DNA of 59,859 nt, filler included. It is 4 parts of 4 records of this genome, joined end to end, with 100 filler letters (N's around TTAATTAATTAA, not from the genome) between each part and the next. Parts side by side here need not be neighbours in the genome. Positions count along the whole stretch, not along the records: positions 1 to 23,727 come from DRR723986_1355; 3 more parts are not named here. One strand, 5' to 3'. Positions 1-10,307 of this stretch are shown here, in pieces; position 1 is the stretch's first letter; each line of letters begins with the position of its first letter. The notes under the pieces were generated by a model. It made no database searches. It was given only the letters and a program-made list of their open reading frames with translations, and was not told where the DNA came from. Both the position numbers and the translations under genes were made by a program.

Positions 1-313
1 CGAAATAGGGGTTGGTGGCGGCGTTGTTGACCAGGATGTCGAGCCGGCCGTGGGTCGCCTTAATATGCTCGAAAATGGCGGCGATCTGGTCCATGTCGCC
101 GATATGGCAGGCAAAGGGTTCGGCGCTGCCGCCTGCGGCGGTAATGGCCTCGGCCACTGCGCGACAGCCCTCGATCTTGCGGCTGGACACGATCACATGG
201 GCACCATGATCGGCCAGCATCCTGGCGATTTCCTCGCCAATTCCGCGACTTGCGCCAGTCACCAGAGCGATGCGGCCGGTCAGGTCGAAAAGCGGATGCG
301 GTTGGATGGTCAT
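1..313 (-). CDS. SDR-family oxidoreductase, 5' part only (runs off window start)
   Basis: Not in the ORF track. Read manually from ATG at 313: MTIQPHPLFDLTGRIALVTGASRGIGEEIA...GRLDILVNNAATNPYF, with TGxxxGIG and NNAA motifs. Confidence 0.9.
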   Translation of the reverse strand, partial: MTIQPHPLFDLTGRIALVTGASRGIGEEIARMLADHGAHVIVSSRKIEGCRAVAEAITAAGGSAEPFACHIGDMDQIAAIFEHIKATHGRLDILVNNAATNPYF

Positions 314-465
314 GTCTGGGCCTCCCTGTTTGCAGATCAGGCTAGACGGCGAAGACGGGAAGGCAAGCGGAAACCGGGCTTTGCGAAGAATGACACCACG
401 GCACAGTTGACATCCGAGCGGGTGGCCCGGATCGTTCGCGCGGATCAAGCGGAAGGAGATACCCG

Positions 466-1692
466 GTGGATTTCGAACCGACGCCGAAAATGCGCGAGAT
501 GCAGGCGCGCCTGACAGAGTTCATGGAGGCGCATATCTACCCGGCGGAAGCCACGTTCGCGCGCCATTTCGAGACCACGGACACGCCCTTTCGGACGCCA
601 GATTTCTATGAGGATCTGAAGGAAAAGGCGCGCGCGGCGGGGCTTTGGAACCTGTTTCGGCCCAAGGCGCATGGCGGCGAGTTGTCGAACCTTGAATATG
701 CGCCGCTGGCCGAGATCATGGGCCGAGTCTGGTGGGCCCCCGAGATCTTCAACTGCAATGCGCCTGATACGGGCAACATGGAAACACTGATGCTCTATGG
801 CTCGGACGCTCAAAAGGCGCGCTGGCTGGAGCCGTTGCTGGCGGGCGAAATCCGGTCCGGATTCGCGATGACAGAGCCTGATGTCGCTTCGTCTGACGCC
901 ACGAACATCCGCACGGAAATTCGTCGCGATGGCAGTGATTACGTGGTGAATGGGCGAAAATGGTACACCACCGGCGGCATGCGCGACAGCTGCGCGGTGT
1001 TCATCGTCATGGGCAAGTCCGACCCCGACAATGCCGATCGCCACAAGCAGCAAAGCATGATCCTTGTGCCGCGCGACGCGCCCGGTCTGAAGATCTTGCG
1101 CCATGTCACGACGTTTGGCTATGCCGATGCGCCCTTTGGCGAGGCGGAGATCGCGTTCGACAATGTGCGGGTGCCTGCCGATCACCTGTTGCTTGGCGAG
1201 GGCAGGGGGTTCGAGATTGCGCAAGGCCGACTTGGGCCGGGACGCATCCACCACTGTATGCGCTTGGTTGGCGCGGCGCAGCGGGCGCTGGAACTGGCGA
1301 TGGACCGGGTCGAGCAACGTGAAACCTTCGGGCGGCGGCTGTCGCAACATCAGTCGGTGCGCGAGGATATCGCCAAAAGCTGGTGCGAGATCGAACAGGC
1401 GCGGCTGTTGACGCTGAAGGCGGCGGCCAAGATCGACCGCGAGGGCGCTAAGGCCGCGAAAGACCTGATTTCCGCGATCAAGATCGTGGCGCCGATGATG
1501 GCGCAGACAGTGATTGACAGGTCGATCCAGATCCACGGTGGAAAGGGGCTGACCCAGGACCTGCCTTTGGCGGAATTGTTCAATTATGCCAGGCAGATAC
1601 GCTTTGCGGATGGGCCCGATCAGGTGCATATGATGGCGCTTGGGCGGCAGTTGGTCAGGGCCCATCACGAGGGTAACAAGGGGCCGGTCTGA
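466..1692 (+). CDS. Acyl-CoA dehydrogenase (ACAD10/11- or LvaC-like)
   Basis: FNCNAPDTGNME, FAMTEPDVASSDA, GRLGPGRIHHCMR and IQIHGGKG motifs. Confidence 0.92.
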   Translation: MDFEPTPKMREMQARLTEFMEAHIYPAEATFARHFETTDTPFRTPDFYEDLKEKARAAGLWNLFRPKAHGGELSNLEYAPLAEIMGRVWWAPEIFNCNAPDTGNMETLMLYGSDAQKARWLEPLLAGEIRSGFAMTEPDVASSDATNIRTEIRRDGSDYVVNGRKWYTTGGMRDSCAVFIVMGKSDPDNADRHKQQSMILVPRDAPGLKILRHVTTFGYADAPFGEAEIAFDNVRVPADHLLLGEGRGFEIAQGRLGPGRIHHCMRLVGAAQRALELAMDRVEQRETFGRRLSQHQSVREDIAKSWCEIEQARLLTLKAAAKIDREGAKAAKDLISAIKIVAPMMAQTVIDRSIQIHGGKGLTQDLPLAELFNYARQIRFADGPDQVHMMALGRQLVRAHHEGNKGPV

Positions 1693-2711
1693 TGGAGGAG
1701 GAAGAGCTTCGGCGGTTAGGCAGCTATCTGGAAACGTATCTGCCGGGGTTTCGCGGGCTGCGCACCGCGCAGAAGTTTTCCGACGGGCAATCCAACCCGA
1801 CCTACAAGCTGCGCGCCGAAAGCGGGGCCTATGTGCTGCGCCGCAAGCCGCCGGGAGAGTTGCTGAAATCGGCCCATGCGGTGGACCGGGAGTATCGGGT
1901 TCTGTCGGCCCTGTCCCGGACCGAAGTGCCGGTTGCCCGCGCCTTGCATCTTTGCACCGACGACGATGTGCTGGGGTCGATGTTCTATGTTATGGAATTT
2001 GTAGAGGGGCGGGTATTCTGGGATCCCGCTTTGCCGGGCATGGAGGCTGCGGAACGATCTGCGATCTACGACCAGATGAACGTGGCGCTGGCCGCGATCC
2101 ATTCGGTTGATCTGGACGCGGTCGGCCTGTCTGATTTCGGCCGTCCCGGCAACTATTACGAGCGTCAATATACGACCTGGCTGCGCCAGTATCGCGCGAC
2201 GGAAACCGGCCGGATTCCGGCGATGGAACGGATTGTCGACTGGCTGGAGGCCAATATGGTGCCCGATGACGGGCGGGTGTCGCTGGTTCATGGCGACTAC
2301 CGGCTGGACAACGTGATGTTCGCGACCGACGGCCCCCGGCTGATTGCGGTCATGGATTGGGAACTGTCGACTCTAGGTCATCCGCTGGCCGATCTGGCCT
2401 ATCAATGCATGTTGTGGCGGATGCCGCCGGGGCCGGTTCTGAGCGGCTTGCAAGGGGTGGATCGGGCCAGTCTGGGACTGCCGACGGAAGAGGATTACGT
2501 GGCACGCTATTGCGACCGGGTTGGGCTGTCCGGAATCGAGAACTGGGAGTTCTACCTTGTGTTTGGCCTGTTCCGCCTGGCGGCCATCGTGCAGGGCGTC
2601 GGATATCGCGGATTGCAGGGCAATGCGTCGTCGGATCGGGCCCTGCAAGTGGGCGCACTGGCCGCGCCACTGGCCGAAAAAGCCTGTGATATCCTGGACG
2701 GGCGGAGTTGA
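1692..2711 (+). CDS. APH-family phosphotransferase (ACAD10/11 kinase-domain-like)
   Basis: GQSNPTY, LRRKPPG, HGDYRLDN and DWELSTLG motifs; translationally coupled to the upstream gene (TGATG). Confidence 0.92.
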   Translation: MEEEELRRLGSYLETYLPGFRGLRTAQKFSDGQSNPTYKLRAESGAYVLRRKPPGELLKSAHAVDREYRVLSALSRTEVPVARALHLCTDDDVLGSMFYVMEFVEGRVFWDPALPGMEAAERSAIYDQMNVALAAIHSVDLDAVGLSDFGRPGNYYERQYTTWLRQYRATETGRIPAMERIVDWLEANMVPDDGRVSLVHGDYRLDNVMFATDGPRLIAVMDWELSTLGHPLADLAYQCMLWRMPPGPVLSGLQGVDRASLGLPTEEDYVARYCDRVGLSGIENWEFYLVFGLFRLAAIVQGVGYRGLQGNASSDRALQVGALAAPLAEKACDILDGRS

Positions 2712-2821
2712 GTCAGCCCCTCTAAGTCGTTGAATTCAGATTCATCATTGGAATCCAGAGAGATGCTGGGCGAGTCTCGAGTCATTCATTAAGAATGACC
2801 GCAACAACCTGATCAAAGCCA

Positions 2822-2861
2822 TGCCCCGCCAGTCCAGGTGACTGACGGGGCAATATTTTTT
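2822..2861. terminator. Probable bidirectional terminator between convergent phosphotransferase and sulfatase genes
   Basis: Hairpin TGCCCCGCCAGTC-caggt-GACTGACGGGGCA followed by AATATTTTTT. Confidence 0.55.
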
Positions 2862-2893
2862 GATCAAACAACCCATGGGCGAGTCGCTATCAT

Positions 2894-4429
2894 TTAACTA
2901 TCTGATTTAGTTACAAAAGGTGGGAAGCGAGTCATCTCTGCCGCGACGGTCCAATCCATATGGTTGCGCACGAACTCGTTCGCGGCGTCGCGTGGTGGTT
3001 GATAGTCCCAACTGACCAGTTTGCCGATCTCCATCGCCCGATGAACCGGGCCACGGCGCCTTTGGCTGGCCAGAATGGCCTCATACAGTGGTTCTTCGGC
3101 CCATTTCTCGGAAATGAATGATTGGAAGTCTGCGACATCTGTCCCAAATGCGGGGTTTTCGGCGAGGTTGTTCCGCTCAAATGGATCATTGGAAACATCA
3201 AACAACTGAGGAGGATCAGCGCGACAGTGAATGTATTTTAACGTGCCGCGGCGGATCATGAAGATCGGATCACTTGCACATTCGGCACAATATTCCCCAA
3301 GCACCTCCCCGCCGTCAGGGTTATCCACAGCCCCCTGAAGCAGCGGCCAGATCGAGCGACCGTCCAGATCCATAGCCGGATCGGGTGCAGTTTGCCCGGT
3401 AGAGGATGCGATATCCATGAAGGTTGGCAGGATATCAAGCAGGCTGACGGGCTCTGCGATGGTCCGGTTTCCAACACCTGGACCGGCAATAATCATTGGG
3501 ATTCGAGCGGAATGCTCGAAGAAGCTCATCTTGTACCAGAGCCCACGTTCGCCAAGCATATCGCCATGATCGGAGGTTACGATGACGATAGTGTTCTCCA
3601 ATTGCCCGGATTCCTCCAGCGCCTTCACGATCTCGCCGACCTTCGAGTCAAAATAGGACGTGTTGGCGTAATAGCCGTGGCGCGCGTTGCGGATGTCTTC
3701 TTCGGTCACTGGCTGTGCATCGGCGCCGATCCCGTGATGCACGCGCAGCGTGTGCGGGTCATCGGTCAGCACGGTCTGCGGCATGTCGATATCGTCGTCG
3801 GAATAGAGGTTCCAGAATTCGGGACGGGGCACATAGGGATCATGCGGGTGGATCAGGCTGACGACCATGGCGAAGGGCTGCGCGCCGCGCATTGCATATT
3901 CCATGATGCGGCGGCGGGCGAGAAAGGTCGCCTCCTCGTCATATTCGATCTGGAAGGTGGTTGCGGCTGGTCCGGCCTCTTTCACCGAATCCATGTTGTG
4001 ATACCACTTGTCGATCCGTTCGTGCGGATTGGTCCAGTCCGGCGTCCAGGCGTGATCGGACGGGTAGACATCGGTTGTCAGGCGCTCTTCGAACCCGTGC
4101 AGTTGATCGGGACCGACGAAGTGCATCTTTCCGGACAGACAGGTGCGATACCCCATCATCCGCAGATAGTGGGCGAAGGTCGGGATCGAGGCCGGGAATT
4201 CTGCTGCGTTGTCATAGGCCCCGATCTTTGACACCAGTTGCCCGGTCATGAAGGACGCGCGCGAGGGCGCGCAGAGGGGCGAATTGCAGTAGGCCGAGTC
4301 GAATCGCGTACCCCTTGCCGCCAACGCATCCATATTGGGCGTCTTTACAACGGGATGGCCGTAGGTGCCCGTAAACTGCGGCGCAAGCTGGTCTGCCATG
4401 ATCAGCACGATATTGGGGGGGCTTTGCAT
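2894..4429 (-). CDS. betC: Choline sulfatase
   Basis: PNIVLIMADQL, sulfatase motif CAPSR, GKMHFVGPDQLHGFEERLTTDVYP, GLWYKMSFFE and C-terminal SWDYQP. Confidence 0.9.
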   Translation of the reverse strand: MQSPPNIVLIMADQLAPQFTGTYGHPVVKTPNMDALAARGTRFDSAYCNSPLCAPSRASFMTGQLVSKIGAYDNAAEFPASIPTFAHYLRMMGYRTCLSGKMHFVGPDQLHGFEERLTTDVYPSDHAWTPDWTNPHERIDKWYHNMDSVKEAGPAATTFQIEYDEEATFLARRRIMEYAMRGAQPFAMVVSLIHPHDPYVPRPEFWNLYSDDDIDMPQTVLTDDPHTLRVHHGIGADAQPVTEEDIRNARHGYYANTSYFDSKVGEIVKALEESGQLENTIVIVTSDHGDMLGERGLWYKMSFFEHSARIPMIIAGPGVGNRTIAEPVSLLDILPTFMDIASSTGQTAPDPAMDLDGRSIWPLLQGAVDNPDGGEVLGEYCAECASDPIFMIRRGTLKYIHCRADPPQLFDVSNDPFERNNLAENPAFGTDVADFQSFISEKWAEEPLYEAILASQRRRGPVHRAMEIGKLVSWDYQPPRDAANEFVRNHMDWTVAAEMTRFPPFVTKSDS

Positions 4430-4935
4430 CTGACGTCCTCTTTATAGTGGGTGGCCCAAGCACAACATCGTGCCAGGAGGGGGCGGTCGGGACCGTGGTG
4501 GCGCCAATGACATTGGAAATCGGACGCGACGCAAGAAAAATACTTTCTTTTGAGGAATGCTTGTCGCAAATCGGCAATCCATGGTCGAATTTGGGTTTTC
4601 GCCCTCGGAAACCCGTGCAAGAGTGACCCCATGGACTCGCTGCACTGGATGCCATCATGCCAGAACTCCGGAACCAAGGTTTCGAAAAACTCGAAAGCAG
4701 GGCAATTGGCTTGCGGAGTTAAGGATCATTGAGGATCATTGTTTCGATCGGGACCCAGGGGGTGCAACTCAGACCACTTGCCGCGCATATCGAAAGCCGT
4801 TTAGCTTAAAACATGGCTTGGACCGTGCGACGAAAGTCCGAAGACAGCTCCTGTTCCGGACCATGCGAACCAACGAAACACAGCTCGAGACTGTGAGAAA
4901 CTCGAAAGAACTATGACAACAGCGGAGAAAGCAAC

Positions 4936-6504
4936 ATGACGAAGACTTCACTTCTTTCGGGCGGTGTGAGCCGCCGTGGCGTGCTGAAAGGTGCGTCTGC
5001 CATTGGCGGTGCGGCTCTGATCGGCCCGATGGGCGCGCGGATGGCCAGTGCGCAGCCGATGCGTGGTGGCACCTTGCGTGTCGCGCAGGCGCATGGCTCT
5101 ACCACTGACTCCATGGATCCGGGTTCGTGGGAAAACGATTTCACCATCCTTCAGGCGCATACGCGCAACAACTATCTGACCGAGATCGCCCCTGACGGCT
5201 CGCTGGTGCCGGAACTGGCGGAAAGCTGGGAAGCGTCTTCGGACGCTGCGACCTGGACCTTCACCATCCGGTCCGGCGTGCAGTTCCATTCCGGCCACAT
5301 CCTGACCGCCGAAGACGTGGTCGCATCGCTGCGCCATCACATGGGCGAGGATTCCACCTCGGCCGCCGCGCCGATCGTGGCGCCGATCACCGATATGCGC
5401 ATCGATGGCATGAACGTCATCTTCACGCTGGCCTCTGGCAACGCTGACTTCCCCTTCGTGCTGGCCGATTATCACCTGCCGATGCTGCCCTCGGCCGATG
5501 GCGCCATTGATCCGATGACCACGGATGGCTGTGGCCCCTACAGGATCGACGAACTGGAATTCGGCGTCGGCGCCAGCTATTCGCGCCACGATGGCTACTG
5601 GAAGTCGGATGCGGCCTATTTCGACGCGGTCGAACAGATCGTGATCCACGATGCGGCGGCCCGCCAGAACGCGCTGATCTCCGGCGAGGTCGACTATATC
5701 GACTCTGCCGATCTCAACACCGTTCACCTGCTTCAGCGCGCGCCCGGCGTGGTGGTTCTGTCGGTCACCGGCACCCAGCATTACGGCCTGCCGATGGACA
5801 CCCGTGCCGCACCCTTCAGCGACAACAACATCCGTCTGGCGCTGAAATACGCTATCGACCGTCAGCAGTTGGTGGACACCATCCTGAATGGCTTCGGCGA
5901 GGTCGGGAACGACCATCCGATCGGCTCTGGCCAGCTCTACTACAACACTGATCTGGAACAGAAGACCTACGATCCGGACCGTGCCCGCTATCACCTGGCG
6001 CAAGCCGGGCTCGAAAGCCTCGACGTGGATATCCACCTGGCCGACGCCGCCTTCGCGGGCGCTGTTGACGCGGGCGTGCTCTACTCCGAAAGCGCGGCGG
6101 GTGCTGGCGTTAACCTGAACGTGGTGCGTGAACCCAACGATGGCTACTGGTCCAACGTCTGGATGCAGCTGCCGTTCTGCGGCACCTATTGGGGCGGTCG
6201 TCCGACCCAGGATCTGATGTTCTCGACCGCCTATGCCGAAGGCGCTCCTTGGAACGAGACCTATTGGAGCCATGAGCGCTTCAATGAACTGCTGGTTGCG
6301 GCCCGTGCCGAACTGAACTCGGATCTGCGTCGCGAGATGTATTTCGAGATGCAGCAGATCTGTTCCGATGAAGGCGGTGCCCTGATCCCGATGTTCGCGG
6401 CTTATGTCGGCGCGCATAGCGATGCGCTGATGCACGGGGAACAGGTTGCGTCCAACTGGCGCAACGACGGGCACCGGATCGCCGAACGCTGGTGGTTTGC
6501 CTGA
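4936..6504 (+). CDS. ABC transporter substrate-binding protein, family 5 (peptide/opine/nickel), Tat-exported
   Basis: Twin-arginine SRRGVLK signal; PELAESWE...WTFTIRSGVQFHSG and GCGPYRI motifs. Confidence 0.92.
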   Translation: MTKTSLLSGGVSRRGVLKGASAIGGAALIGPMGARMASAQPMRGGTLRVAQAHGSTTDSMDPGSWENDFTILQAHTRNNYLTEIAPDGSLVPELAESWEASSDAATWTFTIRSGVQFHSGHILTAEDVVASLRHHMGEDSTSAAAPIVAPITDMRIDGMNVIFTLASGNADFPFVLADYHLPMLPSADGAIDPMTTDGCGPYRIDELEFGVGASYSRHDGYWKSDAAYFDAVEQIVIHDAAARQNALISGEVDYIDSADLNTVHLLQRAPGVVVLSVTGTQHYGLPMDTRAAPFSDNNIRLALKYAIDRQQLVDTILNGFGEVGNDHPIGSGQLYYNTDLEQKTYDPDRARYHLAQAGLESLDVDIHLADAAFAGAVDAGVLYSESAAGAGVNLNVVREPNDGYWSNVWMQLPFCGTYWGGRPTQDLMFSTAYAEGAPWNETYWSHERFNELLVAARAELNSDLRREMYFEMQQICSDEGGALIPMFAAYVGAHSDALMHGEQVASNWRNDGHRIAERWWFA

Positions 6505-6518
6505 TCTGACCCACATCG

Positions 6519-6549
6519 CCCCGGGCCACACTGGCCCGGGGTTCTTTTT
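6519..6549 (+). terminator. Rho-independent terminator or stabilising hairpin after the binding-protein gene
   Basis: CCCCGGGCCA-cac-TGGCCCGGGG followed by TTCTTTTT. Confidence 0.75.
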
Positions 6550-6596
6550 CTGTGACCTTTGGCGCACTGGGGGCAGTGCCGCCTGAAGGGGGATCC

Positions 6597-7553
6597 ATGT
6601 CACATATCTGGAGCATGATCGCAAAGCGCCTGGCCCTTGGCCTGCTGACGCTGTTCATCGTGTCACTGCTGATTTTCGGAGCGACAGAGCTGTTGCCCGG
6701 CGATTTCGCCGAAGAATTTCTTGGTCAGGCCGCCACGCCTGAAACCGTTGCCGCAATCCGGCGCGAGCTGGGGCTCGATCTGCCGATGCACACGCGCTAT
6801 ATCGAATGGCTGACCGGCGTCCTTCAGGGCGATTTCGGGAATTCGCTGTCCAACCGCCGCCCGGTGATCGAACTGATCAGCACCCGGCTTGGCAACACGC
6901 TGTTCCTGGCCTTGTACGCCGCCGCCATCGCGGTGCCGCTGTCGCTGATGCTGGGTATTCTGGCGGCGCTGTTCCGCAACAGCTTTTTCGACCGGTTTTC
7001 AAACGCGTCCGCGCTGACCTCGATTTCCTTCCCGGAATTCTTCGTCGCCTACATCCTGATCTTCTGGCTTGCGGGCCGGGGCGGTATGTTCCCCTCGATG
7101 GCAAGCTTTCGGGGCGATCCGTCGATGATGGAAATGCTGTACCGGACCTTCCTTCCTGCCCTGACCCTGACCCTGGTCGTGACCGCGCATATGATGCGGA
7201 TGACGCGGGCTGCAATCATCAACCTGCTGGCGTCACCTTACATCGAGATGGCGCGGCTGAAGGGGATGAAGCCGATGCGAGTGATCGTCCGCCATGCGCT
7301 GCCCAATGCGCTGGCCCCGATCATCAACGTCATCGCGCTGAACCTTGCCTATCTGATCACCGGTGTGGTCGTGGTCGAGGTGGTTTTCGTCTTCCCCGGT
7401 CTTGGCCAGTTGATGGTCGATAGCGTGGCGGCGCGGGATATGCCTGTGGTGCAGGCGGTCGCGCTGATCTTTGCCGCGGCCTATGTGCTGCTGAACCTGA
7501 CGGCGGATGTGTTGGCGACCTTGTCCAACCCGCGCCTTGTGCATCGTCGTTAA
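6597..7553 (+). CDS. ABC transporter permease (DppB/OppB-like)
   Basis: LPGD...ELGLD...GDFGNS and EAA-like YIEMARLKG; start chosen at ATG 6597 behind GAAGGGGG. Confidence 0.9.
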   Translation: MSHIWSMIAKRLALGLLTLFIVSLLIFGATELLPGDFAEEFLGQAATPETVAAIRRELGLDLPMHTRYIEWLTGVLQGDFGNSLSNRRPVIELISTRLGNTLFLALYAAAIAVPLSLMLGILAALFRNSFFDRFSNASALTSISFPEFFVAYILIFWLAGRGGMFPSMASFRGDPSMMEMLYRTFLPALTLTLVVTAHMMRMTRAAIINLLASPYIEMARLKGMKPMRVIVRHALPNALAPIINVIALNLAYLITGVVVVEVVFVFPGLGQLMVDSVAARDMPVVQAVALIFAAAYVLLNLTADVLATLSNPRLVHRR

Positions 7554-7565
7554 GGGGGGCGGATC

Positions 7566-8489
7566 ATGGGAATTCTAATAGGACTGTTCTGGTTCGTTGC
7601 CGTTATCGCGGCCTGCATGGCGGCGGGCTGGCTGTTTCGGACCATTGCCATCGCCGTCACCCCGAAGGGGGTCAAGAAGGAACTGCGCACCGCGCCGCTT
7701 ACGGCCTCTTTCGGGATGCTGGTCATCATCATCTACATCATCGTGGCCGTCTTCGCCCCACTGATCGCGCCGTTTGCAGAACGCGCGGTCGTGGGAACGG
7801 AATATATGCCATGGGACAGCGTCCATCTGTTGGGCACCGACAATCTGGGGCGCGATATGCTGTCCCGACTGATTTTCGGGGCCCGTAACACGGTCGGGAT
7901 CGCGTTCGCGACGACAATGCTGGCTTTCCTGATCGGATCTATCCTTGGCTTGCTGGCGGCCACGGTCGGTGGCTGGCTGGACCAGGCACTCAGCCGCACG
8001 GTGGACGTGCTCATGGCTATCCCGGCGCTGATCTTTTCGCTGCTGTTGCTGACCATCTTCGGCACCTCGATCCTCACCCTGATCATCGTGATCGCTCTCA
8101 TCGATTCCACTCGGGTGTTCCGACTGGCCCGCTCGGTGGCGCTCAACATCGTGGTGATGGACTATATCGAGGCTGCGAAACTGCGGGGTGAGGGGCTTTG
8201 GCGCCTGATCACACGGGAAATCCTGCCCAATGCCATGGCGCCATTGGTGGCCGAGTTCGGCCTGCGCTTCTGCTTCGTGTTCCTGGCCATTTCCGCGCTC
8301 AGCTTCCTTGGCCTCGGGCTTCAGCCGCCAATGGCGGACTGGGGGTCGATGGTGAAGGAGAACGCCACGCTGATCGCCTTCGGGGACATTACACCGCTGT
8401 TGCCGGCAGGGGCCATCGCGCTGCTGACCGTGTCCGTCAACTTTGTCGTTGACTGGCAGTTGCACCGCGCCAGCGGGTTGAAGGAGTAA
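7566..8489 (+). CDS. ABC transporter permease (DppC/OppC-like)
   Basis: LLGTDNLGRDMLSRL, YIEAAKLRGE and LSFLGLG.QPP..DWG motifs. Confidence 0.9.
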   Translation: MGILIGLFWFVAVIAACMAAGWLFRTIAIAVTPKGVKKELRTAPLTASFGMLVIIIYIIVAVFAPLIAPFAERAVVGTEYMPWDSVHLLGTDNLGRDMLSRLIFGARNTVGIAFATTMLAFLIGSILGLLAATVGGWLDQALSRTVDVLMAIPALIFSLLLLTIFGTSILTLIIVIALIDSTRVFRLARSVALNIVVMDYIEAAKLRGEGLWRLITREILPNAMAPLVAEFGLRFCFVFLAISALSFLGLGLQPPMADWGSMVKENATLIAFGDITPLLPAGAIALLTVSVNFVVDWQLHRASGLKE

Positions 8490-8493
8490 AACG

Positions 8494-10128
8494 ATGACCG
8501 AACAAAGCAACGACAAGCCGGTCCTCCTGACCATGAAGGGGCTGCGCATCGAGGGCCGCGCCGATGAAACCTGGTCCGAGATCGTTCATGGCATCGACCT
8601 GACGCTGCACAAGGGCGAGGTTCTGGGCCTGATCGGGGAGTCCGGGGCTGGCAAGTCCACGGTCGGTCTCGCCGCCATGGGGTTCACCCGCGACGGGTGC
8701 CGGATTTCGGGGGGCGAGATCGTCTTTGACGGGATCGACCTGATGGCCGCATCCGAAGCCACTCGACGCGAGTTGCGCGGCAAGCGCATCGCCTATGTGG
8801 CGCAGTCCGCTGCGGCCAGCTTCAACCCGTCTCACAAGCTGATGGACCAGTATTGCGAAGCACCCGTTCAGCATGGCGTCATGGGCCGGTCCGAGGCTGA
8901 AGGTGACGCGGTTGACCTGTATCGCCGTATGCAGTTGCCGGAACCCGATGTGATCGGATTTCGCTATCCGCATCAGGTGTCTGGCGGGCAATTGCAGCGG
9001 GCGATGACGGCGATGGCGATGGCGTGCCGTCCGGACCTGATCATCTTCGACGAACCCACTACGGCGCTTGACGTGACCACGCAGATCGAGGTTCTGGCCG
9101 CGATCCGCAACATCGTGGAACAGTTCGATACGGCGGCGATCTACATCACCCATGACCTTGCGGTCGTGGCGCAGATGGCCGACCGGATCAAGGTTCTGCT
9201 GAAAGGCGACGAGGTGGAGGAAGCGGACACGCGGTCCATGCTATCTGCCCCGAAAGAGGACTACACCAAGTCGCTTTGGGCCGTGCGCAGCCATGCACGG
9301 GCCGAACAGCCGCCCGTCGCCGCGGGCAAGACACCCGTGGTGTCGGTGCGGAACATCACGGCGGGCTATGGCTCGGTCGATGTGTTGATGAACGTCAATT
9401 TCGATATCCATGAACGGCGCACCGTGGCCGTAGTGGGCGAATCCGGGTCGGGCAAATCGACCACGGCGCGGGTCATCACCGGGTTGTTGCCACCACGTCA
9501 GGGCGAGATCCTGTTCGACGGGGTGGCGTTGCCGCCCGACTATCGCAAGCGCAGCCGTGACCAGTTGCGGCAGGCGCAGATGATTTATCAGATGGCGGAC
9601 ACGGCGCTGAACCCCAAACTGCGCATCCGGGAACTGATCGGGCGTCCGGCACAGATGTATCTGGGCCTTCAGGGCAAGCAGTTGACCGAGCGGATCCGCA
9701 ACCTTCTGGACCTGATCGAACTGGAACCAAACGACTATATCGACCGGCTTCCGTCAGAGCTGTCGGGCGGTCAGAAACAGCGGATCGGCATCGCGCGGGC
9801 ACTGGCGGCGGAACCGAAGTTCATCATCTGCGACGAAGTCACATCGGCGCTCGACCAGCTGGTGGCCGAGGGCATTCTGAAGCTGCTGGACAAGCTTCAG
9901 ACGGAATTCGACCTGGCTTACATGTTCATCACCCACGACCTTGCGACGGTGAAGGCCATCGCGGACGAAGTGGTGGTGATGAAAGAGGGCAGGGTGATCG
10001 AACAGGGGCCAAAGTCCGAGATGTTCCAGCCGCCGCACGACCCATACACGGAACTTCTGCTGTCTTCGGTCCCGGAAATGGACCCCGACTGGTTGACCGA
10101 TCTGCTACAGGAACGAGCCAGTCAGTGA
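8494..10128 (+). CDS. ABC transporter ATP-binding protein with two ATPase domains
   Basis: Two Walker A motifs (GESGAGKS, GESGSGKS) and two signature motifs (SGGQ). Confidence 0.93.
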   Translation: MTEQSNDKPVLLTMKGLRIEGRADETWSEIVHGIDLTLHKGEVLGLIGESGAGKSTVGLAAMGFTRDGCRISGGEIVFDGIDLMAASEATRRELRGKRIAYVAQSAAASFNPSHKLMDQYCEAPVQHGVMGRSEAEGDAVDLYRRMQLPEPDVIGFRYPHQVSGGQLQRAMTAMAMACRPDLIIFDEPTTALDVTTQIEVLAAIRNIVEQFDTAAIYITHDLAVVAQMADRIKVLLKGDEVEEADTRSMLSAPKEDYTKSLWAVRSHARAEQPPVAAGKTPVVSVRNITAGYGSVDVLMNVNFDIHERRTVAVVGESGSGKSTTARVITGLLPPRQGEILFDGVALPPDYRKRSRDQLRQAQMIYQMADTALNPKLRIRELIGRPAQMYLGLQGKQLTERIRNLLDLIELEPNDYIDRLPSELSGGQKQRIGIARALAAEPKFIICDEVTSALDQLVAEGILKLLDKLQTEFDLAYMFITHDLATVKAIADEVVVMKEGRVIEQGPKSEMFQPPHDPYTELLLSSVPEMDPDWLTDLLQERASQ

Positions 10129-10158
10129 ACGCAAACGCCTTGTTTTCCTGGTGATTGG

Positions 10159-10190
10159 CGGCCTGCCCTTGCAAGGGCAGGCCGTTTTTC
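10159..10190 (+). terminator. Rho-independent terminator
   Basis: CGGCCTGCCCTT-gc-AAGGGCAGGCCG followed by TTTTTC. Confidence 0.8.
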
Positions 10191-10307
10191 ATCAACGATG
10201 ATGGCGGAAATCTGCAAATTAAGGTGGAATTCTTTCCATTGCCCATGTGAAATGGGGCTCAGACTTGAAAAGAACCAACCAAGAAAACGACCTCAGGGAG
10301 TGACTTC

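Noticed and set aside
4722-4741. AGGATCATTG tandem duplication in the betC/ABC intergenic region
   Set aside because: It is only two 10-bp copies with no other support.
4948-6624. Long antisense ORFs (also 445-1668, 16451-18361, 20219-21499, 37322-38359)
   Set aside because: They are shadow frames of well-supported genes in high-GC DNA.
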